Below are positions 10,568 to 20,848 of a stretch of DNA of 64,000 bases, in pieces. The stretch is taken from NCBI GenBank assembly GCA_016840085.1, contig JAEOTA010000054.1, forward strand, positions 96,001 to 160,000, read 5' to 3'. A program made the position numbers and the translations under genes. Every line of letters begins with the position of its first letter. Positions within the stretch are counted from its first letter, which is position 1. The notes under the pieces were generated by a model. That model worked only from the letters and a program-made list of their open reading frames with translations, was not told the DNA's origin and ran no database searches. This stretch comes from Promethearchaeota archaeon (lineage in GTDB: Archaea > Asgardarchaeota > Lokiarchaeia > Sigyniarchaeales > SOKP01).

Positions 10568-10796
10568 TAAAAAAACTCCAAACTTTTTGCAGAATTCGAT
10601 TAAATATATATACTTTTCTTTATCTTTAATTATTTCACTTAAATTGATTTACCTAAGAATATATATACTAATTTTCAAAATTAAAGATTTTGCATTTTTA
10701 ATTATTTTTATAAATAATAATTTTTTTTTACAATGAACAATGATTCTCACATAGATTAAGAAGTTAATTAATAAAAAGCTAAAAAAAATCGAACTC

Positions 10797-11315
10797 ATGG
10801 ATGAATATACCGACTCTGACTGGAACTGGGATTTTTATGAAGAATTGGTAGATGACGTAGAGGAAAACAAAAACATTATTGCATGCTGGGATTGTGGTAA
10901 ATGCGTAGGAGAATGTCCTGCTTCTAAGATTTCTAATTTTAACATAAGAAAGATTATTCAAAAGGTTCTAAAAGGAGATAAGAGCGTATTGAAGGATTCT
11001 GACATCTGGTTTTGCTTCTTATGCGAGCGATGTAAAAAAGTTTGTCCGAAAGAGAAAATCAATATACCATTACTTATTTTAAATTTAAGAAACGAATCAT
11101 TTAAGAAAGGATATGGGCCTAAATATAACGATCTTACCAAATATGTAGAAATGTCAGAAAAGTTTCTAACAAACGGAACTGTTTTAGATAAACCTTTAGG
11201 TGAGAAGCTTCCTCAAGATCGTATTGATGAGTTAAATGCAATTTGTGATTTTGCTCGAGTAAAATATGTTTTTAAAGCCAGTAAAAATAAAAAGAAAAAA
11301 AGAAAAAATAAATAA
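10797..11315 (+). CDS. hdrC: Heterodisulfide reductase subunit C
   Basis: Two CxxCxxCxxxCP motifs (CWDCGKCVGECP, CFLCERCKKVCP); directly upstream of hdrB. Confidence 0.8.
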   Translation: MDEYTDSDWNWDFYEELVDDVEENKNIIACWDCGKCVGECPASKISNFNIRKIIQKVLKGDKSVLKDSDIWFCFLCERCKKVCPKEKINIPLLILNLRNESFKKGYGPKYNDLTKYVEMSEKFLTNGTVLDKPLGEKLPQDRIDELNAICDFARVKYVFKASKNKKKKRKNK

Positions 11316-11343
11316 CTAACAATTTAAGATAGAATAAATTATA

Positions 11344-12357
11344 ATGGAAGCTCAAAATTTAGCGTTAGATTTAGAAAAAATTGAGAAAGACTACCCCGAA
11401 AATCCTATAGAATTTTTTAGGGGAAAGAGACTATGTTTATTTAAAGCATGTCTAGAGGCTTACTTCCCTGGTGTCAGATGGGGTATTCAAGATTTATTAG
11501 AAGACTTAGATTTAGAAGTCACCACCTGCGCTAGTCAATCTTGTTGTAGTGGAACATTTTTCCAACGGAATTTAATTACAAGAGCGCAATTTGCAGCAAT
11601 AAATGAAAGAAATCTTAACGAAATGAATCGTCAGGCAGATATTGTTTTGTTTAGTTGTAATGGATGTTATAATTCCGTTTTAAGAGGTCGAGATTTTTTA
11701 AAAGTCCCAGAAGTTAAAAAAAAAACACAAGATATTTTAAATAATTTAAAAAAAAAGGATTTAGGGGAAAATTATCCTAGAAAATATAATGTTCTGGGTA
11801 ATCCAAAAATAAAAGTTATACATGACTTAGACTTCTTATATTTAATAAAAAATAATGTGCTTGATTCCCTTAAATTTGATTTGAAGGGTCTCAAAGTAGC
11901 TGCACATTATGGATGTCATTACTTAAATTTAGAAAGGGATAAAAAGTCAATTGAAAGTTATATAAAGGATAAAACCAAACTAGATGAATTTATAACTTTA
12001 TTTGGTGGCATTCCTTTAGATTACCAGGAAAAAGATGAATGTTGTGGATGGGGGGCATCTCAGATTGTATTGCATCCAGAGGAGGCTTTAAAAGTTACTT
12101 ATAAAAAATTGAAAAGTGCTGAAAATGTCGGAGCAGATTTTCTATTAATGCCCTGTCCAACTTGTTTATACACACTTAGTAAACCGGAATTTAGAAATGA
12201 GATTAATACCTTATTTAACGAAAAATTGGATATCCCTACTATTCATATAAATGAATTGATTGCAATATTAAGAGGATGTGAAGAAGAACGATGTATTACT
12301 CTAAGAAGAAGAACTCCACGTCTGGATGAAATATTTGAAATTATTACACGAGAGTAA
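11344..12357 (+). CDS. hdrB: Heterodisulfide reductase subunit B (CCG domains)
   Basis: SCCSG...CNGC, HYGCH, CCGWG...CPTC. Confidence 0.85.
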   Translation: MEAQNLALDLEKIEKDYPENPIEFFRGKRLCLFKACLEAYFPGVRWGIQDLLEDLDLEVTTCASQSCCSGTFFQRNLITRAQFAAINERNLNEMNRQADIVLFSCNGCYNSVLRGRDFLKVPEVKKKTQDILNNLKKKDLGENYPRKYNVLGNPKIKVIHDLDFLYLIKNNVLDSLKFDLKGLKVAAHYGCHYLNLERDKKSIESYIKDKTKLDEFITLFGGIPLDYQEKDECCGWGASQIVLHPEEALKVTYKKLKSAENVGADFLLMPCPTCLYTLSKPEFRNEINTLFNEKLDIPTIHINELIAILRGCEEERCITLRRRTPRLDEIFEIITRE

Positions 12358-12389
12358 TAAAAAAATTAATTCTATTAATATAAATATGG

Positions 12390-12785
12390 TTACATTTCTT
12401 CTATTGCAAATCGGGGGCAACTATCCAGGCATAGCAGACAGCCTATACACTTCTCATAAGAGAATTCTAATCTTTCTTCTTCATCAAAATGTAACGCATC
12501 AGTCGGACATAATGAAATACAAGCTCCACAATCAATGCAGTTTTCAATATTAACTATTACTCGACCTTTTTTATTTACAACTATATTATTTTGTTTCAAC
12601 GATTCTGTTATCGTTTTTATTTTCTCTTCTGGAATATCCAATAATAGATTTACACCATCCGAACCTGTAGTAAACTTTAAAATATTAAAGGTAATATCGT
12701 GTCTTAAGATTTCATTTACTATTTTAGAGTAATCATTGATGTTTTTTAGTAATCCAAAAGGTATTGAAACATTTATAATAGTCAA
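12390..12785 (-). CDS. NIL-domain ferredoxin (MA1822-like partner of aspartate-semialdehyde sulfurtransferase)
   Basis: N-terminal NIL-like region (FNILK); CIDCGACISLCP and CIGCLLCLDSCP; immediately downstream of the DUF39-CBS gene. Confidence 0.85.
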   Translation of the reverse strand: MTIINVSIPFGLLKNINDYSKIVNEILRHDITFNILKFTTGSDGVNLLLDIPEEKIKTITESLKQNNIVVNKKGRVIVNIENCIDCGACISLCPTDALHFDEEERLEFSYEKCIGCLLCLDSCPRFAIEEM

Positions 12786-12786
12786 T

Positions 12787-14277
12787 TTACATCAACTCCT
12801 CCGAAGTTATTATCCCTGTTACTTTTTCATTATCATCTATAACAGGTAAAGCAGATATATTATGTTGTTTCATTTTTCTGGCAGCATTGCTTATTGGCTC
12901 GTCATCATATGTAGTGATTACGCGTTTAGTTATAATGGATGCTAAATCATGTGCATCTTCTGCTATAGCTCTAGTAATATCGAAGCTTGTTACAATACCT
13001 TTTAGGTGGTTTTCTTTATCTGTAATAACGATATGATTAACATTTTCCTTAATTATCTTTTCAGCAACAATCTTAATATCACAATCTTCATAACAAATTT
13101 CCGCATCCTTTTTCAAATCTTTTACAAATTTTAATTTGGAAGTCATTTTCATAGGCTTAAAAACTGTATCTGTAGGTAATGTTTCAGCAGGGGGATTTAA
13201 GTAAAATATCCCCTCTTGAATCCATTTTTTAAGAGTTTCAGCAATTTTTCGAGCATAAAATAATGATGATAATGAAGAACATTTTACTTTATTATCATTT
13301 AATTCAATATATCCACTTTTTAATTCCTTATAGCTTATTTGCTTGATATTTGGTCTGTCTCTTCTTGGAACCCCATAATCTACTATTTCAGTTAGAATCT
13401 CTTCATCTCTAATTGCTGTCTTTTTAGCTAGTCCTTCATTTAAAATAGGAATAGGAATCCCAATTCCTACAAACATCGAGGTACCATATTTTTCATAGGT
13501 TACTCCACGCAAATATTCTGGTGTCATTTGTTTTAGGTCTCCTTTCACAAATAATGTTCCGAGTCTATTAACTGGATTGTGCTGAGTTCCCTCTCCTATG
13601 ACATAACCAATCCCTCCTCCTAAAAATATCCTAGTACCTATCCCTATAGTTTCATAATCGGGGTCATTATTTAGTGGGCTTAAGCATCCTGCTCCAGAAT
13701 AATGGGCATTCCCAAAATGAGGTAATAATTTTCCCATATAAGTATACAAAGTTCTATCAGAACTATTGATTGCACAAACATATCTTTGATATGCATTTCG
13801 CGGATTACATAAAATTGCTTGATTTAAATCCTCAATTGAAAATTCTGTGTCAACTTCAGCTAAAGGATAACAATCTGTTGTATACGAATTACCTCTCAAC
13901 CTTATATATTTTCCAGAAACTAAGTCTTCAATAACATGACCTCCGCCATATTCAAAAGGTCGGACATCTGCCATTCTAGTACATCCAATATAACAGTCTA
14001 CAGCAGCATTCCCATGATATGCATGTACGTCATTTAACCACATATGCTCAAACTTTATAGGAGGATCTGTATGACCAAAATTTAAGAATGCTCCACTTGA
14101 ACACATAGGTCCAAATGTTCCCGTAGTTACCACGTCAACTTCTTCTGCTGCAACCTTAATCCCTTTTTGGTCCACAATTCTAATCATTTCTTCTGCAGTA
14201 ACTACAATAGCATTGCCATTTTTAATTTTTTTATTTATTTCAGAATAAGTTTTAGTCAAATTACCACCAATATTCAC
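12787..14277 (-). CDS. L-aspartate semialdehyde sulfurtransferase (homocysteine biosynthesis; DUF39 + CBS pair, MA1821-like)
   Basis: VDVVTTGTFGPMCSSGA, NPRNAYQ, TLYTYMG, IGIGTRIFLGG; C-terminal CBS pair. Confidence 0.9.
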   Translation of the reverse strand: MNIGGNLTKTYSEINKKIKNGNAIVVTAEEMIRIVDQKGIKVAAEEVDVVTTGTFGPMCSSGAFLNFGHTDPPIKFEHMWLNDVHAYHGNAAVDCYIGCTRMADVRPFEYGGGHVIEDLVSGKYIRLRGNSYTTDCYPLAEVDTEFSIEDLNQAILCNPRNAYQRYVCAINSSDRTLYTYMGKLLPHFGNAHYSGAGCLSPLNNDPDYETIGIGTRIFLGGGIGYVIGEGTQHNPVNRLGTLFVKGDLKQMTPEYLRGVTYEKYGTSMFVGIGIPIPILNEGLAKKTAIRDEEILTEIVDYGVPRRDRPNIKQISYKELKSGYIELNDNKVKCSSLSSLFYARKIAETLKKWIQEGIFYLNPPAETLPTDTVFKPMKMTSKLKFVKDLKKDAEICYEDCDIKIVAEKIIKENVNHIVITDKENHLKGIVTSFDITRAIAEDAHDLASIITKRVITTYDDEPISNAARKMKQHNISALPVIDDNEKVTGIITSEELM

Positions 14278-14482
14278 AATTATTTATGGTCACATTTTCA
14301 ATTTTATATGAGTATGATTAATTCAAAATAAATAGTATGTAAAATTTAAATATTTGATAGATAAAAAATGCATTAAATGCATACTCACAATATATAAAGT
14401 AAGTATAAACTCAAAATTTTCAGAATCCTTTTTAGTTTTATTATGTTTTTTTCAATAATATCATACATAAAAAGAAATTTCT

Positions 14483-15400
14483 ATGGAAAAAGATACATTT
14501 CTTAGCCAGAGTTCAACCAAAAGTTTAATTGCTATAATTCTTTTAGTTTTAACTACTATTCTTTGGGGCTCATCATTTATTCTTACAAAATATATGACTG
14601 AAAATGTCCCCATTTTCCTTTTTCTTGGAATAAGGTTTTTAATTGCATTATTCGGATTCATACCATTTTTTCCTCATTTAAAAAATATTAATAAAAAAAT
14701 TATTTTGATGGGTTTTATAACTGGAATGCTCTATTTTTTTGGTATTGCGTTTCAAACATTTGGTCTTCAAACAACAACGGCTGGGAAAGCAGGTTTTATT
14801 ACCGGATTAAGTACAGTTATAGTTCCTTTTATTACTTGGCTTGGATTTAAAAAACCCCTGAATAGAAGAGTTTGGGTTGCTGTAGCATTGTCTATGGTAG
14901 GTATGGCTTTCTTACTGCTAGAAGGTGAATCTGGATTCATCATTGGTGATATCTTAGTTTTAATCTGTGCTTTCTTCTGGGCAATTTATATTGTATTTAA
15001 TGATAAATACGTAAGGCTAAGTGATGTATATCTTTATTCGATCATTCAAATCTCCGTCATCTCCGGAATAAGTTTTATTTGTTCTTTAGTTTTAGGAGAA
15101 AAGTATATTTGGACCTCAACCCAACCAACTTTCTGGCTTATAATGGTTTATATGGGAATCGGTATAATGACACTCACTATTTTATTCCAAAACTGGAGCC
15201 AACAATATCAAGAACCTGCTCAAACAGCAATAATATTTACTCTTGAACCTGTATTTGCAGCTTTATTTGGATTTCTTATTGGAAATGAAGTCCTTTCATT
15301 ATATGCTTGGTTTGGCTGTGCGTTGATTTTTATTGCAATCCTTATAACGGTCTTAAAAAATAAAAATAATTATGAGGAAAATAAGAGAGATTTACTTTAA
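14483..15400 (+). CDS. DMT/EamA family transporter
   Basis: LWGSSF, TTAGKAGFITGL, IFTLEPVFAALF; about 10 TM helices. Confidence 0.9.
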   Translation: MEKDTFLSQSSTKSLIAIILLVLTTILWGSSFILTKYMTENVPIFLFLGIRFLIALFGFIPFFPHLKNINKKIILMGFITGMLYFFGIAFQTFGLQTTTAGKAGFITGLSTVIVPFITWLGFKKPLNRRVWVAVALSMVGMAFLLLEGESGFIIGDILVLICAFFWAIYIVFNDKYVRLSDVYLYSIIQISVISGISFICSLVLGEKYIWTSTQPTFWLIMVYMGIGIMTLTILFQNWSQQYQEPAQTAIIFTLEPVFAALFGFLIGNEVLSLYAWFGCALIFIAILITVLKNKNNYEENKRDLL

Positions 15401-15612
15401 ATTTATCAACGAGTTTAAATTATCTTAGACTCTTCATTTTAACTCGTTTATTATATATTAAATAACTTAATCTGTGCGTAAATCTAAAAATTTTTACTTA
15501 AACAATCATTTAAATATCTAAAAATTTATTTCTTATAATATATAAGGGTTGTTTTTTGACAAATGGCTTTTTTTAGACAATTCAGAAAAGTCAAATACCT
15601 GTGATATTGATA

Positions 15613-15771
15613 ATGACCGCACCTAAATTAAAACCAAAAGATCTTACTATTTGTTCCAAGTGTGGTAATGTAATGGTTGGAAGAACGATCCGTACCGTTA
15701 ATAGTGGTAAAGTAGAACTTCAAAGGATAAAGCAATGTATTGTATGCCGTTTCTGGGTATCCTTAGATTGA
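15613..15771 (+). CDS. Small zinc-ribbon protein (52 aa)
   Basis: Manual translation MTAPKLKPKDLTICSKCGNVMVGRTIRTVNSGKVELQRIKQCIVCRFWVSLD*; two CxxC pairs. Confidence 0.75.
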   Translation: MTAPKLKPKDLTICSKCGNVMVGRTIRTVNSGKVELQRIKQCIVCRFWVSLD

Positions 15772-16022
15772 TTATTATTGGGTATTTTCTCAATAGACTT
15801 AATCAAATTGAACTTTATAAAATTTAAGACGATGAATAAACCTAAAAATAATAAGAGATTAATATTTGGTTTTGGAATAAGCCTTTATTTTAACTTTTAT
15901 CAAAAAGTAACATAAATAATAAAAGACATTAATGATTCGGTATAAAAAAGTTTGATTTAATTTCCATATTCATAAGCAGATTAAATGAGTTCATCGAATG
16001 TAGAAATTTTATAAAGAAAAGG

Positions 16023-16176
16023 GAAGGGAAAAAAGAAATCCGTGCTTAAGTAATAAAATCAGGGAGAGAATTAAACTCATTGAGTTTAATAGAGGGCGAA
16101 TTTCGGTATACCTTCGAATCGAGATTGTATATATCCAATGTTTACACGAATTTTCTTGTAGTTAGGTTTCCCTTCT
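16023..16176 (-). ncRNA. Candidate structured non-coding RNA (~155 nt), family unknown
   Basis: Terminal stems GAAGGGAAA/UUUCCCUUC and AAAUUCGUG/CACGGAUUU; internal ATTAAACTCA-N-TGAGTTTAAT inverted repeat; TTTATATA box ~25 nt upstream; pyrimidine/U-rich 3' trailer. Confidence 0.45.
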
Positions 16177-16349
16177 TATACTTTATTAGGTTTTTTTTAT
16201 ATAAAAATTAATTGGTTATAAAATATTATGTTCTTATATAACGAATTTACAGATTTGAAAGTTTTGAGTATTAACCGATTCCACATATATGACAAAATTA
16301 CGTTTAACTTCTAGATTTAAATTATTGAAGTTTTAATGGGTTATCAAAC

Positions 16350-17156
16350 TTAATTCAATATATCTGAAATTCTTAATTTTAATCCATCTTCAGCAGCAAT
16401 AATTTTTTTGATATTTGTGTTTTCTTTTAATTTTATCACTTGACTAGGCACATGGTTTTTTTTAGAGCGTGGACCATCCATAAATGATCCAAAATGCGTA
16501 ATAATCAAGCCATCTAATGGTGGATTTATTTTATTTAAATATGGAATAACTTCATCAGTACATACATGCCTTTTACAGGTGACCGAATCAGGTCGTAAAA
16601 GATTGAGAATAAGAATGTTGACCTTGGAGAATTGTTCTGAAAAGCCCTTAAAAACCATAGTGTCACTCGTATAAGCTAGAGAATAATCTGTAAGATTAAA
16701 CCTTATACCAAACCCTTCGTTATATGGAGAGTGAACGACCTTGGTACCGACTATCTCAACTCCTTTATATTGGAGCTTATCACCTGCTTTAAATCGTACA
16801 ATCTTCTCAAGCATATTTAGATGATATGTCTGGATCAGACTAATCACCTCATCATTAGTAATTAATATTCCCTTTTTATGATAAATATAGTTCTTATCAT
16901 GTAATATTTCTCTTGAACTTTCAATAACAGCACTAATATCATTATAATGGTCAACATGAGCATGGGATACGATGAAAAGCTCAGTTTTTACTGGATCTTC
17001 CATATATTGATTAATTCGTACTAAAGCTCCAGGTCCAGGATCTATATGCGCTTGTAAGTTATTAAATTTATATAAAAAACCACCAGTAGCACGGTGTTGA
17101 GTTCGTATATGATACCTTCCCCCCCCAGATCCCAGTATAATAAGTTCATCATTCAT
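16350..17156 (-). CDS. MBL-fold metallo-hydrolase
   Basis: ILGSGGGR, IDPGPG, SHAHVDH, YTSDT, ITHFG. Confidence 0.85.
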   Translation of the reverse strand: MNDELIILGSGGGRYHIRTQHRATGGFLYKFNNLQAHIDPGPGALVRINQYMEDPVKTELFIVSHAHVDHYNDISAVIESSREILHDKNYIYHKKGILITNDEVISLIQTYHLNMLEKIVRFKAGDKLQYKGVEIVGTKVVHSPYNEGFGIRFNLTDYSLAYTSDTMVFKGFSEQFSKVNILILNLLRPDSVTCKRHVCTDEVIPYLNKINPPLDGLIITHFGSFMDGPRSKKNHVPSQVIKLKENTNIKKIIAAEDGLKLRISDILN

Positions 17157-17182
17157 GATTTTTTGATTTATTTTTTATGAAC

Positions 17183-17716
17183 TTAATACTTACTTATATT
17201 AACTAGTTTTCTAGCTAAAACTACAAATGGTTCCTCTACATTATAACCAGATTTAGCTGAAGTTTTTACATAGTCAATCATATTAAAAGCATTTTTAATA
17301 TGAAGAGCACTTTCATCATCAACAGCGATAAAATCTTCTAAATCGTTTTTTGCTCCCACTAATACGATTGGTAAGTTGATATCATGAAGTCTTGCAATGT
17401 TTACCCATTCAAGGATATCTCCAATTTTAGGCATTTTTGTCATATCAAATAATAGAAGTGCGCCTCGTGCTCCCATAACGTAGCTTTCGAGGAGATATCT
17501 GAATCTCTTTTGGCCTCCTAGATCCCAAAGTTGCAAGGAGCAATGGAAATCATCAAAAACAACCTCTTTAATAAAAAATTCAACTCCTATTGTCATTATT
17601 GTGCTTTCATCGAAAAAACCATCTACATATCTTCTTAATAAGCTTGTCTTGCCCGCTCCTCCCTCTCCTGTCACTAAAATTTTAAATAAAAAATTACGCA
17701 TGTGTTTTCCTAGCAA
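17183..17716 (-). CDS. Rab-like small GTPase
   Basis: GEGGAGKTS, TIGVEF, LWDLGGQKRF, AKND, TSAKSG. Confidence 0.9.
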   Translation of the reverse strand: MLGKHMRNFLFKILVTGEGGAGKTSLLRRYVDGFFDESTIMTIGVEFFIKEVVFDDFHCSLQLWDLGGQKRFRYLLESYVMGARGALLLFDMTKMPKIGDILEWVNIARLHDINLPIVLVGAKNDLEDFIAVDDESALHIKNAFNMIDYVKTSAKSGYNVEEPFVVLARKLVNISKY

Positions 17717-17860
17717 TGAATTATGAATAAGTCTATAATAAGTGATAAATGAAAAAACATCTATTTATTTTAACATATAAAAATATACTTCAATTTTAAA
17801 TTCACCATATTTGGTACATATTCTAATGGAAAAAGATTTTTGTAGTTTTATTTATTACAT

Positions 17861-20131
17861 TTAATACAATTTTTTCTTAAGGTTTAGTTCTTGATTTAAT
17901 ATGTTATCAATTTTCTTGAAAATTAGTTTTAATTTTATTGATAAGATATTTTGAACTTTAAGTTTAGAAATTTTAATCTTGTCATTTTCAGATATCTCCT
18001 TGATTACTTGTATGGTTATTTCTTGTCCTTTTTTACCTAACTCTACTAATTTTTGATGGTTAGGAGACCTCGAATTAAATTTTCTAATAGGTATATCTAA
18101 TGGAAGTTTAAAAATATGTCTTGAACTTTTCATTATTTTGACTTGTCTAGTAAAAAAGTTTGAATTCAAGATTGCCGACAAATAATAAGCTTCATCAAGG
18201 TTATTAGCATCATAAAAACTTAAATCCCCCGTTATTAAGAAATTTCCTTGTATAACAGCAGCGTTTAGTGTAGAACCTGAATTGTTATAAACTACTTTGA
18301 TTTTAGATAGTTGTCTTGAATTTATTAATTTCCCCCATCTGTCCAAATTTTCCATTAAGGATTTATGTTTAGTTGTGACTTTTTTTTTCTCCAAATATAT
18401 GTTATTAATTTTATCATAGAATTTTTTAGCGTTTTTTGGTAAATCTGCATAATTATAGTTTAAATTTCCTTTTGAAAGTGGAAGAAACACTTGATAATAG
18501 TCATAAATGATAAATTTCACTAATTCTGTACTTTTCACCGCATTAAAAATATATTCCTTTTCAACAATCTCTCCTTTAAATTCTCTTTTAATCCAAGGAG
18601 GTTTTGCTTTTTTAAAAATTCTATCATCAGGATTGATCTTTACATGCCTCTCATTGATATTTTCAGGTGTAATAAAAATTAAATTTCTAGGGTTGAGATC
18701 TGCTCCCTTATGAAATAAATCCTTATAATATCCTTTTTTAGAAACGATTAACTTCTTACTTTCTTCAATTGATACAAATTTTTTAGTGAATAATCTATTA
18801 TTTTTTTTTTCTACTCCATATGGAATGAGAGTTCTTTTATCTTTTATCTCTAAATCAACCTGACTAAAATAGTCAAGGATCGATTCTTCATCTTTTATAG
18901 AATATTGTAAGGTTGGAATCTTCAGATTTAGGGAATCTTGAAGGTTATTTGATTTTTGGGCAAATAAGCAAATAAAATCAATATTAAAGATTCTTTCGAT
19001 ATTCTTATTAAATTCCCATATCCTGATATTCATAAACCCCTCAAAATTACGGAACCGAGAAGTGTGAGAACCTGTAATTACTCCTTTAGTAATTACAAAG
19101 AATATTTTTCCCTTATCTTTTAGATATAGGTTGGCTGACTGGTAGAAGAATATAGAAGATATCTCAATATTTAAAATATTTTTTGGCAGAGGTTTGATGT
19201 TTAATTGATCAGCCAACTTTTTTACTTTTTCTTGATATTCTATCGATTGAATATCACTATAAGTGTACCATGGTGGATTTCCAATAACTAGATCAAAACA
19301 ATTAGCAAATTTATTATGATTGGGGAATATTGAATCAAGTTTAAATAAATTAACTTTTATATCATGTATTAAATCTCTTAACAAATATAAAAGGTTAATT
19401 TTTGTAAGGTAAATAGATAAGGGATTTATGTCAAAACCGTATAGATTATTAAGTGCCATTATTTTTTGTTCATTACTTTTATTTGAGGCAAGTATGACTT
19501 TAACAATTTCTATCAAGAAATTTCCTGTTCCACAGCAAGGATCCAAAACATTTTCACCAATTATATACGTTGTTTCAACCATTTTTTTGACTAAGAAAGG
19601 TGGAGTATAATATTCACCAGTTTTATGGCGAATTAATGGAGAAATAAAGTTTTGAATGAAATAATCAAAAAAAAACTCAGGATCAATTTTTAAATTTGAT
19701 AGGTGATAATATAGTTTCTTAATAAGTTCATTAAATGCATTTATATCCTTTTCGATAGAAAGTGTTAAAATTGGTTCGAAATAATTAAATTCAAAAATTT
19801 TAATATTCTTATAGCTAGCTTCTACTTCTTCTATAATTTTCTTGTATTTTTCTATAGGATTATTCTGTTTAAATAAATAAGATTCATTTTTTAGAATATA
19901 CTTTGAAATCAATTCAAGACTTAATAAGTAAAGTAAAGATAAAGCAATATATAGCCGTATATTTACATATTCATTCCCGTATATATCTTTAAAATCTTGA
20001 ATCCATTGCTTGAATCCAATATTGTTATTAATCTCATTTTTGATTAAGATTTTTTCTAAATTTTTAATTCTATTAACTATAACTTGTAAATCCAAATTCT
20101 TATAGTTATTTATGGATAAATTATCGACCAA
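17861..20131 (-). CDS. N6-adenine DNA methyltransferase (gamma class, Eco57I/type IIG-like M plus target-recognition region)
   Basis: GEYYTP, VLDPCCGTGNF (motif I), GFDINP, IGNPPW (motif IV), YYLSAILNS. Confidence 0.85.
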   Translation of the reverse strand: MVDNLSINNYKNLDLQVIVNRIKNLEKILIKNEINNNIGFKQWIQDFKDIYGNEYVNIRLYIALSLLYLLSLELISKYILKNESYLFKQNNPIEKYKKIIEEVEASYKNIKIFEFNYFEPILTLSIEKDINAFNELIKKLYYHLSNLKIDPEFFFDYFIQNFISPLIRHKTGEYYTPPFLVKKMVETTYIIGENVLDPCCGTGNFLIEIVKVILASNKSNEQKIMALNNLYGFDINPLSIYLTKINLLYLLRDLIHDIKVNLFKLDSIFPNHNKFANCFDLVIGNPPWYTYSDIQSIEYQEKVKKLADQLNIKPLPKNILNIEISSIFFYQSANLYLKDKGKIFFVITKGVITGSHTSRFRNFEGFMNIRIWEFNKNIERIFNIDFICLFAQKSNNLQDSLNLKIPTLQYSIKDEESILDYFSQVDLEIKDKRTLIPYGVEKKNNRLFTKKFVSIEESKKLIVSKKGYYKDLFHKGADLNPRNLIFITPENINERHVKINPDDRIFKKAKPPWIKREFKGEIVEKEYIFNAVKSTELVKFIIYDYYQVFLPLSKGNLNYNYADLPKNAKKFYDKINNIYLEKKKVTTKHKSLMENLDRWGKLINSRQLSKIKVVYNNSGSTLNAAVIQGNFLITGDLSFYDANNLDEAYYLSAILNSNFFTRQVKIMKSSRHIFKLPLDIPIRKFNSRSPNHQKLVELGKKGQEITIQVIKEISENDKIKISKLKVQNILSIKLKLIFKKIDNILNQELNLKKKLY

Positions 20132-20246
20132 AAACTAAAACTCCTCTTTCATTATTGCCTAACATAATCAATGAATTAATATTTAAATATTAATTAAATA
20201 TTTCAATATTATTTATTAGTCAAAAATTAATTGAAGAATCTCAATT

Positions 20247-20834
20247 TTGACATCAACAGAAATCAAGCTTTCCAAGAAACTTGAGAATGGAATTGAATTT
20301 TCTTGCCAGATGTGTGGTTCTTGTTGCAGGGGATTAAACGAAGGCGAAGTATATTTATATAAGGATGATATCCTTAGATTAGCTAATTTTTTAAATCTAA
20401 AGGATAAAAGCGGTTTAAGAGAATTTGCAAAAAAATATCTTAAAATTATTAATACATCTTTTTATTGGAAAGAACCAAAAGCACAAAGAGGAAAAACATA
20501 TAAATTTAAAACACTTGCTTTCAAATTTACAGGAGAGGATGAGCGTTGCCATTTCTTAGTGGATAATTCATGTAGGGTTCATGAACATAGACCATTCCAA
20601 TGTAGGTGTTTTCCTTTTTGGCAAATGATGGTCTCAAGTAGAAAGAATTTCATAGATTATACAAAGAAATGCAAAGGTCTACAAATTTCAAAAGGTAGAT
20701 TTTATTCAAAACAGGAAATATTGAGTTGGGCAAAAGCAGAAAATAAAATAGAAAAAAATTTCTTTTTAGAAATGAAGAAAAACAATTTTGATATTTTTAA
20801 AGTCTATCCTTTTTTATCAAAAGAAAAACTCTAA
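20247..20834 (+). CDS. YkgJ-family cysteine cluster (CxxCxxCC) protein
   Basis: CQMCGSCC, CHFL...CRVHEHRPFQCRCFPFW. Confidence 0.88.
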   Translation: MTSTEIKLSKKLENGIEFSCQMCGSCCRGLNEGEVYLYKDDILRLANFLNLKDKSGLREFAKKYLKIINTSFYWKEPKAQRGKTYKFKTLAFKFTGEDERCHFLVDNSCRVHEHRPFQCRCFPFWQMMVSSRKNFIDYTKKCKGLQISKGRFYSKQEILSWAKAENKIEKNFFLEMKKNNFDIFKVYPFLSKEKL

Positions 20835-20848
20835 AAGGAGGAATATTT

